Notes under the pieces: generated by a model
What the model saw: the letters and a program-made list of their open reading frames with translations, nothing else
What the model was told of the DNA's origin: nothing
The model's database searches: none
In this document: piece after piece, positions 25,021 through 37,486 of the stretch
How positions within the stretch are numbered: position 1 is the stretch's first letter
Layout: every line of letters begins with the position of its first letter
Assembly (NCBI RefSeq): GCF_016433145.1
Contig: NC_058135.1
Location: 97,393,280-97,457,279, forward strand
Reading direction: 5' to 3'
DNA length: 64,000 nt
DNA from: Gracilinanus agilis
Lineage: Eukaryota
Translations under genes and position numbers: made by a program

Positions 25021-26422
25021 ATGATAATAATATTGATGATAATAGCATCTATAGAATTACTAAATAGTCAAATAATAAAAACATTTCTATAGTGCTCTCT
25101 ATATGTCAAGCACTGAGCCAAGTGCTTTACAATTATTATCTCATTTGATCCTTACCCTAGGAGGTTATGAAAAAACTAAGGCAAACAGAAGTGATGTGAT
25201 TTGCCCAGGCTCACATAGCTGGGAAATTTCCATGACATTGTGCCACCACAATAGTCAATTTATGGCTAGAAGGGCCCTAAGAAATCACTGAGTCTGAGTC
25301 CCTCGTTTTATAAAGGAGCAAACAAAGGCAGACAGTTGAAGTGACTTAGCCAAGGTCACACAACTAGAAAATATCCAAGACTGGATTAATTAGGGTGACT
25401 CAAAGTCTTGAACTCTAACCACTGCATCATCTGGTGGGCATACACTGAATATTCCAGAGTCTAATGTGGGCTTAGAGATCATCTAATCCCTTCTTCCCCA
25501 GTTCCCTGTCTTCATTTCCTTGTCTTCCTAGAATGGGAGTTTAGTCTTCTGATTCCGCTTTTTTCCCCTCACTGTACTTTATTTCATAAATGTATTTCTT
25601 TGTAGCCCTTCTGCCAGTTGGTCTTAATTAAGTCACAGTATTCTATGATATTAAAGTTCCTCCATTTACTTAACTATCTCCAAATTCTTGGACATGTCGA
25701 CTATTCCCTCTTACACTATCTCTTTTCTTTTGGGGAATTATAGCATGATTCTATGATTGGCTGCCATGATATCCGTGATGCTGTGTGTGGGCACAGGTGG
25801 GCGTCTCTCTGCAGCTGCCATCTGCTTGCTGGGTCGCCTGGATTCCTGCTCCCTGACCAGGCTGCTTCGCTGGGAGCACATCTTGTCCAGCAGCATGAGG
25901 GAGGCCAGGGGAGTGCCTGGCAAGGTCCAGGGCTTGAGATCGAGTCTCCTCCTCCTCTCTGCTGCCATCTTCCAGGGACTGGCCAGAGAGCCCAACACCA
26001 GGCTCCAGAATGCCAGATTGCTCCTTGCCAGGCTGGTCAGCTGCTATGGTTCAACATAAGGCTGGAGCTATGTCATGTTGTGTGCAATGATAAACTGCAG
26101 TGAATTCGCTGTCCATAAGCCCATTACAGTGAGCATTGCCGCCATCTTGGTAGACTGAAGACTCATAGAGTCCTGGGATTGTTCTATCCAGCAGGGTGCA
26201 TGGATGATGCGGATAAAATGGTTTAAGAAGCCAGCTGTAAGAGCTGTGGTCAGTCATAGATTCCAAGGAGGTTGGAAATCATTTCTAATTTGGTTTTTAA
26301 TTTACTCTGGTCTTATTTATCCCATAAATACGACATCCTCCCAGTGTCTTGAAGAACTTCCTGGCTCTCTCAAGTCTGCCCTAGCTCTTTGAGGAAAGTG
26401 GAACCTGGCATCAGGGAGCTTT

Positions 26423-26504
26423 GGATTTTAATCATAAACTTTTACTATTATATTTAATTCGGATTTTAATCATAAACTTTTACTATTATATTTAATTCGG
26501 ATTT
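26423..26504. repeat. Perfect 38-bp tandem duplication inside a MIR relic
   Basis: ggattttaatcataaacttttactattatatttaattc at 26423-26460 and 26461-26498, then ggattt. Confidence 0.95.
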
Positions 26505-26705
26505 ATCTACAGACTATGTGACTATGGGCAAGTTACTTAGTGTCTCTGAGCCTCAGTTTCCTCAACTTTAACATGGGAATGGTGATGCCTGGAGTGGTCT
26601 CTGTGAGAACCAAACAAGATAACATATATAAAGAGTCTTACAAACCTTATAGCACTCTAGAAAGTCAGTTATTGATATTTGTCATTCAGAATAACTTTGT
26701 ACCAA

Positions 26706-26910
26706 AGGCAGGCTGGCCAAGAGCATCAGACTTGGAGTCAGGAAGATTTGGGTTCAGATCCTACCTCCAACATATGCTAAGTCTCTGTATTTTTCAGTAG
26801 CCCCAGACAACTCTCTAAGACGATGAGTTAATAGATGGGTTGCCCATTTGTATCAGGACCAGGATTTTCCACACTGGGCATTTCTCATCTGGATGAATCA
26901 CAAACCTGGA
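26706..26910 (+). mobile_element. Mar3-like marsupial SINE
   Basis: gagcatcagacttggagtcaggaaga...caactctctaagac...gatgaatcacaaacctgg. Confidence 0.65.
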
Positions 26911-27726
26911 ACAGAAATGAGAATAATCACCACCACTCTGGACAATTTATTCCAAAGTAGCAAAATTTAACAAGAACTTTGAGGTATTTAGAAATGCTAT
27001 GGTTATTATATTTGTATCTCATCTTCCGGCCACACCCAATCTATAGATAATGGTTAGAAACTTCTGTGATTTTTTTATTTAGCTTGGGTGATATAAGGGA
27101 CAAGCTTAGCTCGGATGACGACACGTAACTGCCATTTGGTTTCTGAGACTGTGGCTTGGCCCAGGATTCTGGTGGTTTAAGTGTAGGCCTACATTCTCAG
27201 CTATTAGAATTTTGCAGAATAACCTTTTGGGTATCTTCTTTCGCAAGGATGCGTAGACATACATGCACACACCGGACAATCTGGTGTATTGGATGAAGAA
27301 CAGGGCTTCAGTTAGAATGAAGTGTGTTCTCTGGCTTCTGACCATAGTAGCCAGTAGGCAAAATGTCTATAGTTTTGGATGTTGGAGTCAAGGAATCTGA
27401 AATTCAGATCCTACCCAAGCCACTAGCTGTGTGGCCTTGGACAAGTCATTTAACCTGTTTCAATCTCCTTATCTGTAAAATGGGAATAATAGTAATGCCT
27501 ACTTCCCAAGGTGGCTTTGAGAGTAAAATGAGATAATATTTGTAAAAGTCTTTTATAAACCTTAATGTGATATACATGTAAACACACATGCCATCATTCT
27601 TAGCTATTAGTTGGAAGAATGGCTAAACAAATTATGGTATATGAATGCAATATTATATGATGATATAAGAAATGAGGAACATGATGGTTTCAGAGTGGCC
27701 TGGGAGGACTTTTAAAACTAATGAAG

Positions 27727-27912
27727 AAGCAGCTAGATGGGTCAGTGGATAGAGCACTAGGACCTGGAGTTGGGAGGGCCTTGGTTCGAATGTGACTTCA
27801 GATACTTCCTAGCTGTGTGATCCTGGGCAAGTCACTTAATCCCCATTTGCTTACCCCTTGCCCTTCTGTCTAATAATTTTTACTAAGACAGAAAGTTGAG
27901 TTAAAAAAAACA
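27727..27912 (+). mobile_element. SINE1_Mdo-type SINE nested in an old L1 3' fragment (about 27590-28270)
   Basis: gcagctagatgggtcagtggatagagcac...ggttcgaat; L1-like flanks on both sides. Confidence 0.8.
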
Positions 27913-28379
27913 AACAAACAACTGATTCAATCATCAGAAGTAAGAGAATGATATATATGACAACAATTATACTATAAAAGCAAACAACTTTGAAACCTAG
28001 AAGAACTTTGTTTAAAGAACAATGACCACCTATGAATTCTCCTGACGGAGAGGTGATAGATGGAGTCGGGGTGCTTTAGTTTTTTTATTTTTTTCAAAAT
28101 GGGAGTTTATTTTTTCAAAAGCATATATTTATCCCACGCGTTGGGTCTTTGTTTTGGAGGATTTTTTGTTTTTGTTTCGTTTGGGGATTTGTGGAGTTGG
28201 TTGGTTTTGGTTTTCAGTGATTGAAGGAGACAGGAAGGGCAAAAAATACAATTTTTATGATTTGAAAAACATTTAATTTAAAAGTGCGAGTTTCTTAGAA
28301 TCCCCAGCGCTTAGCACAGAGCCCATCATCACTTAGCTTAAGGCTCTTCATTCATTGGCTTTAGAGCTCTTTCTCTAGA

Positions 28380-29200
28380 ACTGTGGAGGGGGTGGGGCCT
28401 TTCTTCCCGGGCTCCAAACACACACTAGTGGGCAGGGCCGGAGGGCTCCAGAGGGGGAGGTGGAGCAGGCTTCCGTTAACACCATAGAAACCGTTGGGTA
28501 GGCAGAGCCTCTTCCTTGTACTGGCAAGTGGAAGGGGGTGTGTGTTTGTGGAAAAAGAGGCAAGAAGGATAGCTCCCGATTGGTTGGAGGGTCTGACCTT
28601 TGACCTCGGAAGCAGTTGCCTGTGGCACTCAGAGTAGGAGGCGGTTGTGAAGGGGCTGTTTCTCTGGCCAGTGGCGACATGAGAGGCCGCCGAAAGCGCA
28701 AGTCTCGAGATGGGTCCGGGTCACAGGTAGGCTCCAGGGAGAGCGGGCCCCCGGAGGAAAGCTCAGTCGTGCTGGCGGCAGCATCTAAGGCTGGGTCTCT
28801 GCGAGAGGCTGAGGTGGCCCCAGTAGCGCTGGAACCCCCACCCTCTCTCACACACCGCAACTATCATCGAGGAAGGACCTCGGAGGTCTCCAATTCTTCC
28901 CCTCCTCCCCTACTCCTCTAGGAATATCTCCTGCCCTGCTGTTGGCTGAATGTCTGGGGGCGGGTCAGATCGCCACCCCTCTCTTGGCTTCATTAGTTTC
29001 CTCACTTTTAGTAGGGAGAAGCCGGGAAGAGGGGGGACCCCCCCCCCCATAGATTATCTCGAAGCCTAAGTCGGGTTCTGGAATGTTCTGATTGTCCTAC
29101 TACCGGGAGGGGGCACTATATGCAAATGGCGGGGGCGGCTTAATAAGGAAGACGCGAGTTCCAGTTCAGCTTCCCGGACCGACCTTTGGCAGTTCTTTTC
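28380..29200 (+). promoter_or_regulatory. HPF1: HPF1 promoter / CpG-enriched region spanning exon 1
   Basis: GC- and CpG-rich relative to the CpG-poor window; GC boxes, ATTGG (CCAAT) at 28579, CGGAAG (ETS) at 28607, TGACCTTTGACCT at 28594; TATA-less. Confidence 0.8.
28679..28726 (+). CDS. HPF1: HPF1 coding exon 1 (MRGRRKRKSRDGSGSQ)
   Basis: ATG in ggcgacATG context; 48 nt = 16 codons, matching the human exon 1 length as recalled; basic NLS-like peptide; donor CAG|GTAGGC; lies in the CpG-enriched region. Confidence 0.9.
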
Positions 29201-29729
29201 ACTGCTTTTTGCCTCTGTTTCTCCAACTGTAAAATAGGGACAATAATAACATATACCTCTCAGGGTTATGGGAATCAAATGAGGTAAAAATTATAAAACA
29301 CTTTAACACGGTGCCTGTTGCAAAGGTAGCATCTTAAAAATGATTAGGACTGTTCCTGGGGTTGTTTTGAGGATCACATGAGATAATAATTACAAAGCAC
29401 TTAGCTCTATTCCTGACACCTACTAGGTGCTAAAATTGATATCACTAAGTCACTTTTCTTTGAACTTCAGTTTCCCCTACAGTAAAATGAGAGAGGAGGT
29501 GGGTTAGATCGCTTCCAAAGGCCCTTCCTGCCTTAACTTTATAATCCTAAATTTTTGCCTGAGTCCCCAGTGAGTTTTCTAGAAAAATTAAAGGATGGAA
29601 ATTCATTTGATAAACAAACATATTATTTTTTAGGTCTCTTTGGTCATACTGCACATGGCTGTCAAAAGTTTTTCAAAAAGTACTCCTCAGACCTTGTCAC
29701 TCCCTGCTCACAAAACACCAGTAGCAGCT

Positions 29730-29912
29730 CAGCTAGATGGCTCATTGGATTGAAAGCCAAGCCTAGAGACAGGAGGTCCTAGGTTCAAATTTGGCCTAGC
29801 TGTATGACCCTGGGCAAGTTACTTAACCCCTATTGCCTAGCCCTTACAATTCTAATGCTTTGGAGCCAATATGGTGTATTGATTCTAAGATGAAAGGTAA
29901 GGGGTTTAAAAA
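29730..29912 (+). mobile_element. SINE1_Mdo-type SINE in HPF1 intron 1
   Basis: Head, CORE and tail gtattgattctaagatgaaaggtaaggggtttaaaaa. Confidence 0.85.
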
Positions 29913-30469
29913 GCAAAACAAAGACCAATGGCTCACCATTGCCCCTGAAATAAAATATAATCTGGACTCGTAATTAGAGGTCTCCAAAAGTAGAATGCAT
30001 TGGCTCAAGAAATAATAAATAATAAATAATAAAAAGGCTTTAACACTTTTTTTAGTGTGTTAGTGAGCTGACTTTTTTTATTTGTGATTTTTAAATGTCG
30101 TGTTTTGATCATTTACTTCAGTGGCGTCAAGGATTATTGGGTCCATTTAATATACGGTATTTTTGTGATTTTAATATGGTATATACGCTTAGTTTTAGCT
30201 TCTGAGTAAGATTTAGTTAGAAAATAACGATGTTTTTGGCAGTTCTAAAATCTCAACTCAGATATGGAAAAGAAATCAGGCTGGAAAGGCAGATTAGAAT
30301 CAAGTTTTAGAGGGCCTTTACACCAAAGATTATAGATAAGCCTAGGATTTATATGTAAAAGTCTCTCTAAATGATGGATTTTGTTCTCCATGCTATATGA
30401 AACTGTTGTAAAGAATTTTTTAAAAAGGAAAAGGTTCAGCAAAATTAATCAATATATTTTAAATGTCTA

Positions 30470-31360
30470 ACAAAACATGCTTTGTTCCACTCTCACAGTC
30501 CCACACTTCTTAAAAGCCAGAAGTGATTTCTCAAGTTTCTTTTTTGAGACCATCCTTAAATCATTATAATTTCACAGCATTAATTTTCAGTTGTGGTGGT
30601 GTTCTTTTCACTTATTGTTGTAGTCTTGGTGATTATTGTTTCTTGTTTAGTTAACAAGCATTTATTAAGTATTTATACTTTGTGCTAAGATAAAAGGCAA
30701 AATAGCCTTTGCCCTCAAGGAGTTTATCTTCTAATGGGGAAGGTTCTGCTTTCTTTGCTTTGCATTAATTTATGCCTTTCCTTCTCCATTATTCAAATTA
30801 TTGTTTCTTTACTGTAATTAGATTAGATGATGACATTTTCAAGCACATAATATGTTTCTGGCTGTGTACTAAGTCTAAGAAGCACCAGGAAAACAAATTC
30901 AATTAATATCACATATATTTATGTGCTGCAATTTGTCTAGCCATATATATATTTTTTTTAGTCACTTTATTCACATATTTTCAAATTGGGGAATGGTTGG
31001 ACTAATTTATAACTCCCAACAATAATTCATTTTTCCACAACCCTTCCAATATTTTACATTTCACAGCTTTTGCCATCTTTGTCAGTTTGCAGGGGGTGAA
31101 TAAATTTCCCAGGGGTTATGTTGATTTGCAGTTTTCTTATCAGTGATAAGAACATTATTTTAAATGGTAGCTAGTTCTTGTCATTCTTTTGAGAACTGTT
31201 TAAACTTAGTTTGACCATTTTTCTATGGGGTTTAGGCTCTTGACCTTATGTTTTTATTAGAGATCTCTATAGCTTAGATCTCACACCTTATCTGAGGTAT
31301 TTCATACAAAGATTTTCCCCCCAGTTAATCACTTCCCTTTATCCTACATTACTTTTGTAC
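30470..31360 (-). mobile_element. Old L1 3' fragment with a nested L2 tail (about 30640-30740)
   Basis: T-rich reverse-complement L1 ORF2-end phrases such as catctttgtcagtttgc and ttcttttgagaactgttt. Confidence 0.55.
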
Positions 31361-31449
31361 ATGCAAAAGATGTGAAGGGGAGTGGGTATATGTATTCTCT
31401 ATCTGTTAAAGAAAACTTCCTGACCAAATCTAGGAAAATTCTTTTATAG

Positions 31450-31620
31450 ATGTTACCTTTTTTATATCATGACCCCTTTGGCAGTATAGTAAAACTACAG
31501 ATTCCTCTTCTCAGAATAATATTTTTAAATTCATACAATTAAATAAATAGAATTACAAAGGAAGCCAATTATATTAACATTTTTTTAAACTTAATCAGTC
31601 CCAGGTGAAAGAACCTTGTT
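31450..31620 (+). mobile_element. hAT-Charlie MITE (Charlie4z-like)
   Basis: catgacccctttggcagt...ttctcagaataatatttttaaat...gaattacaaaggaagccaattatatt...cccaggtgaaagaacc resembles the recalled consensus. Confidence 0.65.
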
Positions 31621-32252
31621 TTAAGGTCTCTTTGCCTTTCTTTTCTCTCTTTCTCTATCTCCCTCCCACCTTCCAGTCATGTGTATAATCTAATTTCTGT
31701 ACACATTTTTTTCCATAGGCATAAGACAGTAATTAGGAGGTAGTTGTGAATGACTACCTCAGAAACGGTACCAAGAGGGACCTAGAAGAAAGCCTCTGCT
31801 GTCTCAGTGACCACTGTCTTCCCTCTCAGCAGTCCTGAGCCATGGTTAACATGAAATGTATTCATATAAAACCCTCTGCCACAGATTACAAAACCAAGCA
31901 AATCAGAGAGACCCTCCTTTCTTGCTTTTTTAAATTGCCTTTCTTTTTTCTCTTTCCTTTCTTTTCCTTATTTCATATATTTCATATTACTGTTTCCTGT
32001 AATCTTAATAAAGCATATGTATCTTTCACAGACTGACTCTTCCCTTTTGTTCTCCAATAGTAGACAGTGACTCTCCTGCTCACTGACAGGTTGAAACTCT
32101 ACTCTTGACGAGTACACACCAAACCCATTATGTTTGCAAAGAAAATCTATCTGCTGTTGATATACCCCATAAAGGGATGTGAAACGTTGGTGTTGTTTAG
32201 GGAAAGTTCCAGTTATTGTCAAGATTCATACCATATTTGTGCTAATTTGCAG

Positions 32253-32412
32253 CATAAAAAATCAAAATACACTAAGAAGAAAGGAGTTAGCCGGGCAGAT
32301 GTCTCAGATGATCTTCGACAAGAAGTGGAAAATCTCTATAAGCTCTCAATGCCTGAAGATTTCTATCACTTTTGGAAATTCTGCGAAGAACTTAATCCTG
32401 AAAAACCGGCTG
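32253..32412 (+). CDS. HPF1: HPF1 coding exon 2
   Basis: ttgcag| acceptor, |gtaag donor, 160 nt; encodes [38 protein letters not shown], matching the HPF1 N-terminal region. Confidence 0.97.
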
Positions 32413-32865
32413 GTAAGAGGCCTAAAAAATCCTGATATAGACACCACTAAGGGGAAATATATATAAATATATATGTATAATAATATATAATATATAAATG
32501 TTCTTGAAAATTATGGTAAATTTGATGTAGCTATGTAGCTTGGTGGTTTTTTAAAATAATCGTGGCAAGCAAAGGTCTGGTGAATAAGGTGGAACCATTT
32601 TCATCATGTAAGATAATCTTTGAAAAACTTTAGGTCTGCTTTTTAAAATCATATATAAAGTATATGCTTCCCATTTAGACAAAAGTTTCACCTCTATGCC
32701 CAGAAAAGCCATGAAGGATTAAAAAAAAAAACAAGCTTGACTAGAGCAGAAGTTTAATAGGTGTAATAATAAAGAGGACTAGTGGAAGAGAATGTTGGGA
32801 GGATAGGGTGGGGTCCAGTGATGGAGGTCCTTGGGTGGCATGCTGAGGAATTTGAATTGTATCTT

Positions 32866-33055
32866 TTTTTTAAACCCTTATCTTCCTCCTTGGAATCAAT
32901 AATATATATTGGTTGCAAGACAGAAGAGTGGTAAGGACTAGGCAATGGGGGTTAAATGACTTGCCCAGGGTCACACAGCTGGGAAGTGTCTGAGGCCAGA
33001 TTTGAACCCAGGACCTCTCATCTCTGGACCTGACTCTCAATCCACCCAGCTGCCC
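32866..33055 (-). mobile_element. SINE1_Mdo-type SINE with 14-bp TSD
   Basis: ttgaa(t/c)tgtatctt at 32852-32865 and 33056-33069. Confidence 0.9.
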
Positions 33056-33605
33056 TTGAACTGTATCTTGTAGGTAACAGAAAGTTATTGAAGACTATAA
33101 GAAGTGACAGGATAAAAACTATTAGGAAAATTAATCTGGCTGTATGGAGGTTAAAGTGAAAGGACATCAACTCCAAATGGCTATAGAAGAACAGTCTTCA
33201 TTTATGACAGTCTCTTTGAATCAAAGAATTTTTCCATAGAATATTCTATAAAGAGAAGGTTTTCTTTGACATAAGTTTGTTTACAATCTCTGGGAACTTT
33301 ATAAAGTCTTATCCAAATACCTTACTGTATTTAACAGCCTCATGAATGAGTGCTGTACAGTTTTGAAAATTATTTTTGTTGCCTTCAGAATTGGGAAAAT
33401 GTAATTGGAGAAAGTAGATAGAATCTACCTTCCAGGGTGTTATAAGGATCAAATGGAACAAATATTTGTAAAGCATTTAGCATAATACGTAGTAGGGACC
33501 ATATAAATGTTTATTCCCCTTCCCTTTGCACTTAATATGTGCCATACATTTTTATGTTTTTTATTCAAATAATAATTTGCCTACATATACCTACTTTCTT
33601 CTTCC

Positions 33606-33790
33606 TGGATTCACATCTGGCCTTGGTCACTAACTCTGAATTGGTGCAAGTCACGTAACCTTGTTTGCCTCAGTTGCCTATGAAAGAGCTGGAGAAGGAA
33701 ATGGCAAATAGCTGGTATCTTTGCCAAGAAATCCCCAGATGAGATCCCAAAGAGTCATACATGACTGAAAAACAACTGAACAGCAACAAC
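33606..33790 (+). mobile_element. MAR1-type SINE
   Basis: gagctggagaaggaaatggcaaat...tatctttgccaagaaatcccc...actgaacagcaacaac. Confidence 0.8.
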
Positions 33791-34329
33791 TTAATTGCCT
33801 GCTTTCTAATCTGTATGAAATTTGACTAATACATGTATTGAGTGCAGGTATTAATAGGGAACAGGCAGACAAGTAATATTTTATGATAGACAACATCCTT
33901 AACTATCTCATGGTTAACTAAAAGGAGAAGATCCCACTATGTTTATTGTTCATATTTGGTAGAAGAAAATATTGTTTTAAGGCTCACTTATAACAAAGTA
34001 GCTCCTGTGAATAATTAAAAATTATGCAGGATTCCTTTACAAAATATAACCACATATGGCCTATTAATTAATATCAGTTGAGGCACAAAAAAATGTATTT
34101 TTGTTACAAAGGTAGAAGATGATACAGTACAGAGTCAAAGTTGAAAGGAGATTTCTCCTAGATAGATCTTCCATCTATTTCTCTGCAGATTCATTTTGCT
34201 GTTTGACTCAAGGTCCAGATTTCATAACTTTCTAGATAAGGAATTCATAATAACTCAGTTTGACTTAACCACCACATGGATGGAGAATGCTTATTGTCCC
34301 AGATTATGGCATTCAATTAGATGAACAAC

Positions 34330-34860
34330 ATAAAGCTCTTGTTTTTCAATGTGTTTATCTTAGAAAATAAAAATGGATAGTGAATTGGGCCTAGCTTTAG
34401 ACAGGATGAGAAGGAAAATAGGATAGATTGCTTATGAGAAATTGCAATTCTCCTTTAATAACTAACTTCTCCCTAAAAGAAAGATTCCCTTTTTTAATAC
34501 CACTGTTCTACCAATGATGATATATGACTGCAATCATAAAACTGGAAAACTATAATCTCCAAAAATCATTGGACCATGGTGGAGAGGCACATCCACTGAG
34601 TGTGAGCAGGCTGCAGCACTTAACAAGTAACTTCTAAGAACCAGAGTAAAGGATATCATCAAAGAAATATCTGACCAAAAAGATTATAGGCTGCCCAGTG
34701 GCAAGAGGTATCTCATGCGCTTAGTTATCCATACAATATTAGGAAAAGGTGAGGAAGGCCTCAAAGCATTTTCGGTGAACCCCTTGGAGAGAACTCAATG
34801 GAGGGAAGGTATTATCAAGACTCCCGAAGGGTGGGCAGGCATTTATCCATCCATTCATTG
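34330..34860 (+). mobile_element. RTE-clade LINE 3' fragment (MamRTE1-like)
   Basis: aatggatagtgaattgggcc...tgtgagcaggctgcagca...ggaaggcctc...gtgaaccccttggag resembles the C-terminal RT region of ancient mammalian RTE. Confidence 0.65.
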
Positions 34861-35489
34861 ATGCCATCTTTGTTATTGAAAGGAGCGTTCACATGAATGG
34901 CATCATAGTCATTTGAGCATATTTGCCATTTATTCTAACAAATCTATTATGTACTTAGCTATCCCTTCACATGAAACTCCTGGCAAATTGAAGAGGAATT
35001 TATTTTATGGATCTCTAACAAAGAGGACCATCTCTCCATTTTCCTGTCCCACTTTTCCTACCAAGGACAAAGTTTAGGGAGAAACTTAAGAATACTTAAG
35101 GAAACAAGGTGTAGCTGCCTGCTTGCTGCCTTGGAATAAAGAACCAAAGATGACATGATCAAGATGAAAGAGGGCCTGTTATAATCTGGCCTCTGGTCTA
35201 TAGTTTGCCCTCATCTTTAGGCAGGGAGGTCATTGATAGAGAACCATTGTCCAGGTCTCTCACGAAGGCAGATTAGTGTTCCTACCCTATCTAAGCTGAG
35301 TTTACTTCTGTCTATCCTTCCATGACCTCAGTGGCTATAAAGGGCTCATGAGATGTCATCATGCTGGGAGTACATTCCCTCCCAACCTCTTTTTTTTTTT
35401 TTTTTTTTTTTAATAAAGCCTTCCCTTCAAAATTTAGTTTAAGTACTACTCTTCCACATGAGTTCTTTCCTGATCCCCTTAGCTTTGAG

Positions 35490-36090
35490 TACCCCTTTTT
35501 TAACATTTTGTTTATTTTGTATATCTTTACTTATATTCATGTAATCTCTCCTCATAGACTGCAGACTCCTTAAAGGCAAGGACTGTTATATTTGTCTTTG
35601 GATCCTCGGTCCCTAAGAATATAGTAGCATTTATTAAATGTTTACTGGTTGAATGATAGGAGTCATTCACACAGAGGCAACAGCTGAAGCCATATGAGCA
35701 GTTGAGTTTTCTTAGGGAGAAAGAAGAGAGGACAAAGCACTGAACTGAGGGGGAAAACTGACATGCAGTGGGCAGAAGACCCTCACTATAGAATAGATGT
35801 GAGCAAAGTAGGCTGTGAACCAAAATGGCAACTCTCACAGAATTCAAGGGGGAGGAGGGGCCTTTCAGCAGGGAGGGAAGTAGGCAGAAATGCCATTTGC
35901 TGTAACAAGATCAAGGGGAATGTACACAAGGGAATTTTGTTGGATGTTGCAATTCAAAGTTATTGGAAAAGACTGGATTTCAGTAAAATGGTGAGAGTGA
36001 AAACTTTAGTTACTAGGAGTTCAAGTGGTGGGGGGGAAATAGAGGCAGTGATTATAAAAAACTTAACCTAGAGACTAGCTCAGTGTCTTA
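35490..36090. mobile_element. Two abutting L2 fragments (+ 3' tail, then - internal fragment)
   Basis: agactccttaaaggcaaggactg...ttattaaatgtttactggttgaatga, then L2 RT-region antisense phrases. Confidence 0.6.
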
Positions 36091-36286
36091 CACAAATAGT
36101 CCCTTGAGAAATGTCTGAATTGAATAGACGATCTTTACATGCTACTAGAAAGATCTGTTTTATGTTGAAAAACATCCTTGTAGGATTAATACTTAAGAAT
36201 ATGCAATTGAATAGACAGTATTCTTAAAACTACTTTCCTGCCAGAAACTTATTTCTTCCCTTTGTATACTTTAATTTCATATACAG

Positions 36287-36473
36287 ATGCACTCTTAAGC
36301 TACGGGCTCCAACTTGTTGGTCCTTTTGATATTCTTTCTGGAAAACACAAAGTGGAAAACAAAGCAACAGACCTAAATTTCAACCTTCACTGGAGGTTTT
36401 TTTATGATCCTCCTGAGTTCCAGACCATCATTAATGGAGATGACAAAACTCAATATCACATGGGGTATTACAG
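36287..36473 (+). CDS. HPF1: HPF1 coding exon 3
   Basis: atacag| acceptor, |gtaag donor, 187 nt; [15 protein letters not shown]...[16 protein letters not shown]...HMGYYR. Confidence 0.97.
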
Positions 36474-37387
36474 GTAAGAAACTTGATTTTTTTCTCCTCT
36501 GATTAGAAAGCAACTAAATCTTTTCACACCAGACTAACCCAAGGTCTTTCCCAATAGTAGAATTTTATGATTCAGTGATTTACACATTGTCTTTAGCTTA
36601 GTGGATAGCTAAATGAGTGGACTCTTTTGACTATTTTTCTTGCCTTAACCAGTGCAACCCATCTCTAAAGAGAGGTGAACTTTTGTAATGCGCTCTCCTC
36701 TTGTGTTTTCTCCTGGGAAATTGAGAATCCTCATTGAATTACTCAATTAAAATTTAGGGGAGCTGTGAGAAATATGCTGGGAATCCTCACTTCCTTTTTT
36801 TCCATCTTTGCCACCCATGTGCTCAAAAGAGCCTTGGTAAGAGAGAACACTTTCTTACCCAAGTTGGATGAAAGAAGCTTTTGTATCTAGCCAGAAGGGT
36901 AACCAGGACCAATTAGTTCAGTAAATTCAAGAGGGTACAGGAAGGTAGTAGCAATATAGCAGGTGACAGCTAATTTAATTCCTTTTGTCCCATAATCTTT
37001 TGGTAGAGTACAAATGAATAAAATATTGCTCATTCTATAAATTCTGTTCTTCTGGGCTACACAAGTAGGTTTTAATCTAATTTTAGGTTAAATTACAAAT
37101 AACATCATATTTTTAAGCCCTGTGCTTCTCAGAAGTTACCTAGAAGAACCACATTTTTAAAACATTTTGCTTCCCGAAATGTCACTAGTCAGTAAGATAT
37201 AGCTATATTCAGCAAATCTCATATTGAGACAACATTTTACTCAATCTTGACACCTAGCAATTTGTTCTCATGTACTTTTAGGGGAAATTTTGGAGACCTA
37301 AATTGACAGCTTTATCAGCTAAACTCCTCTTTTCCTGAACACTGCAAGAAATATTATGAGCCTCTCAATATTTTTGTGTTTTAACAG

Positions 37388-37486
37388 GGATTCACCTGAT
37401 GAACTTCCTGAATACGTTGGCGTAAATGAGGCAAAGATAAGTTGTACAATTGTTCAAAATGGAGAAAATGTATTTGCTGCAGTCAA
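37388..37486 (+). CDS. HPF1: HPF1 coding exon 4
   Basis: ttaacag| acceptor, |gtaag donor, 99 nt; [33 protein letters not shown]; frame continuous with exons 3 and 5 (absent from the ORF track because it is short). Confidence 0.96.

Noticed and set aside
1-28300. Exons of MFAP3L or another named neighbour upstream of HPF1
   Set aside because: No translated segment matched MFAP3L or any protein I recognise
28375-28860. 161-aa antisense ORF across the HPF1 promoter and exon 1
   Set aside because: Low-complexity Ser/Pro/Ala peptide expected from GC-rich DNA; GTG start; no recognisable domain
28616-28921. 101-aa ORF starting at TTG upstream of the HPF1 ATG
   Set aside because: It is exon 1 plus 5'UTR and intron read-through past a strong donor; the ATG at 28679 has adequate context and gives the expected exon length
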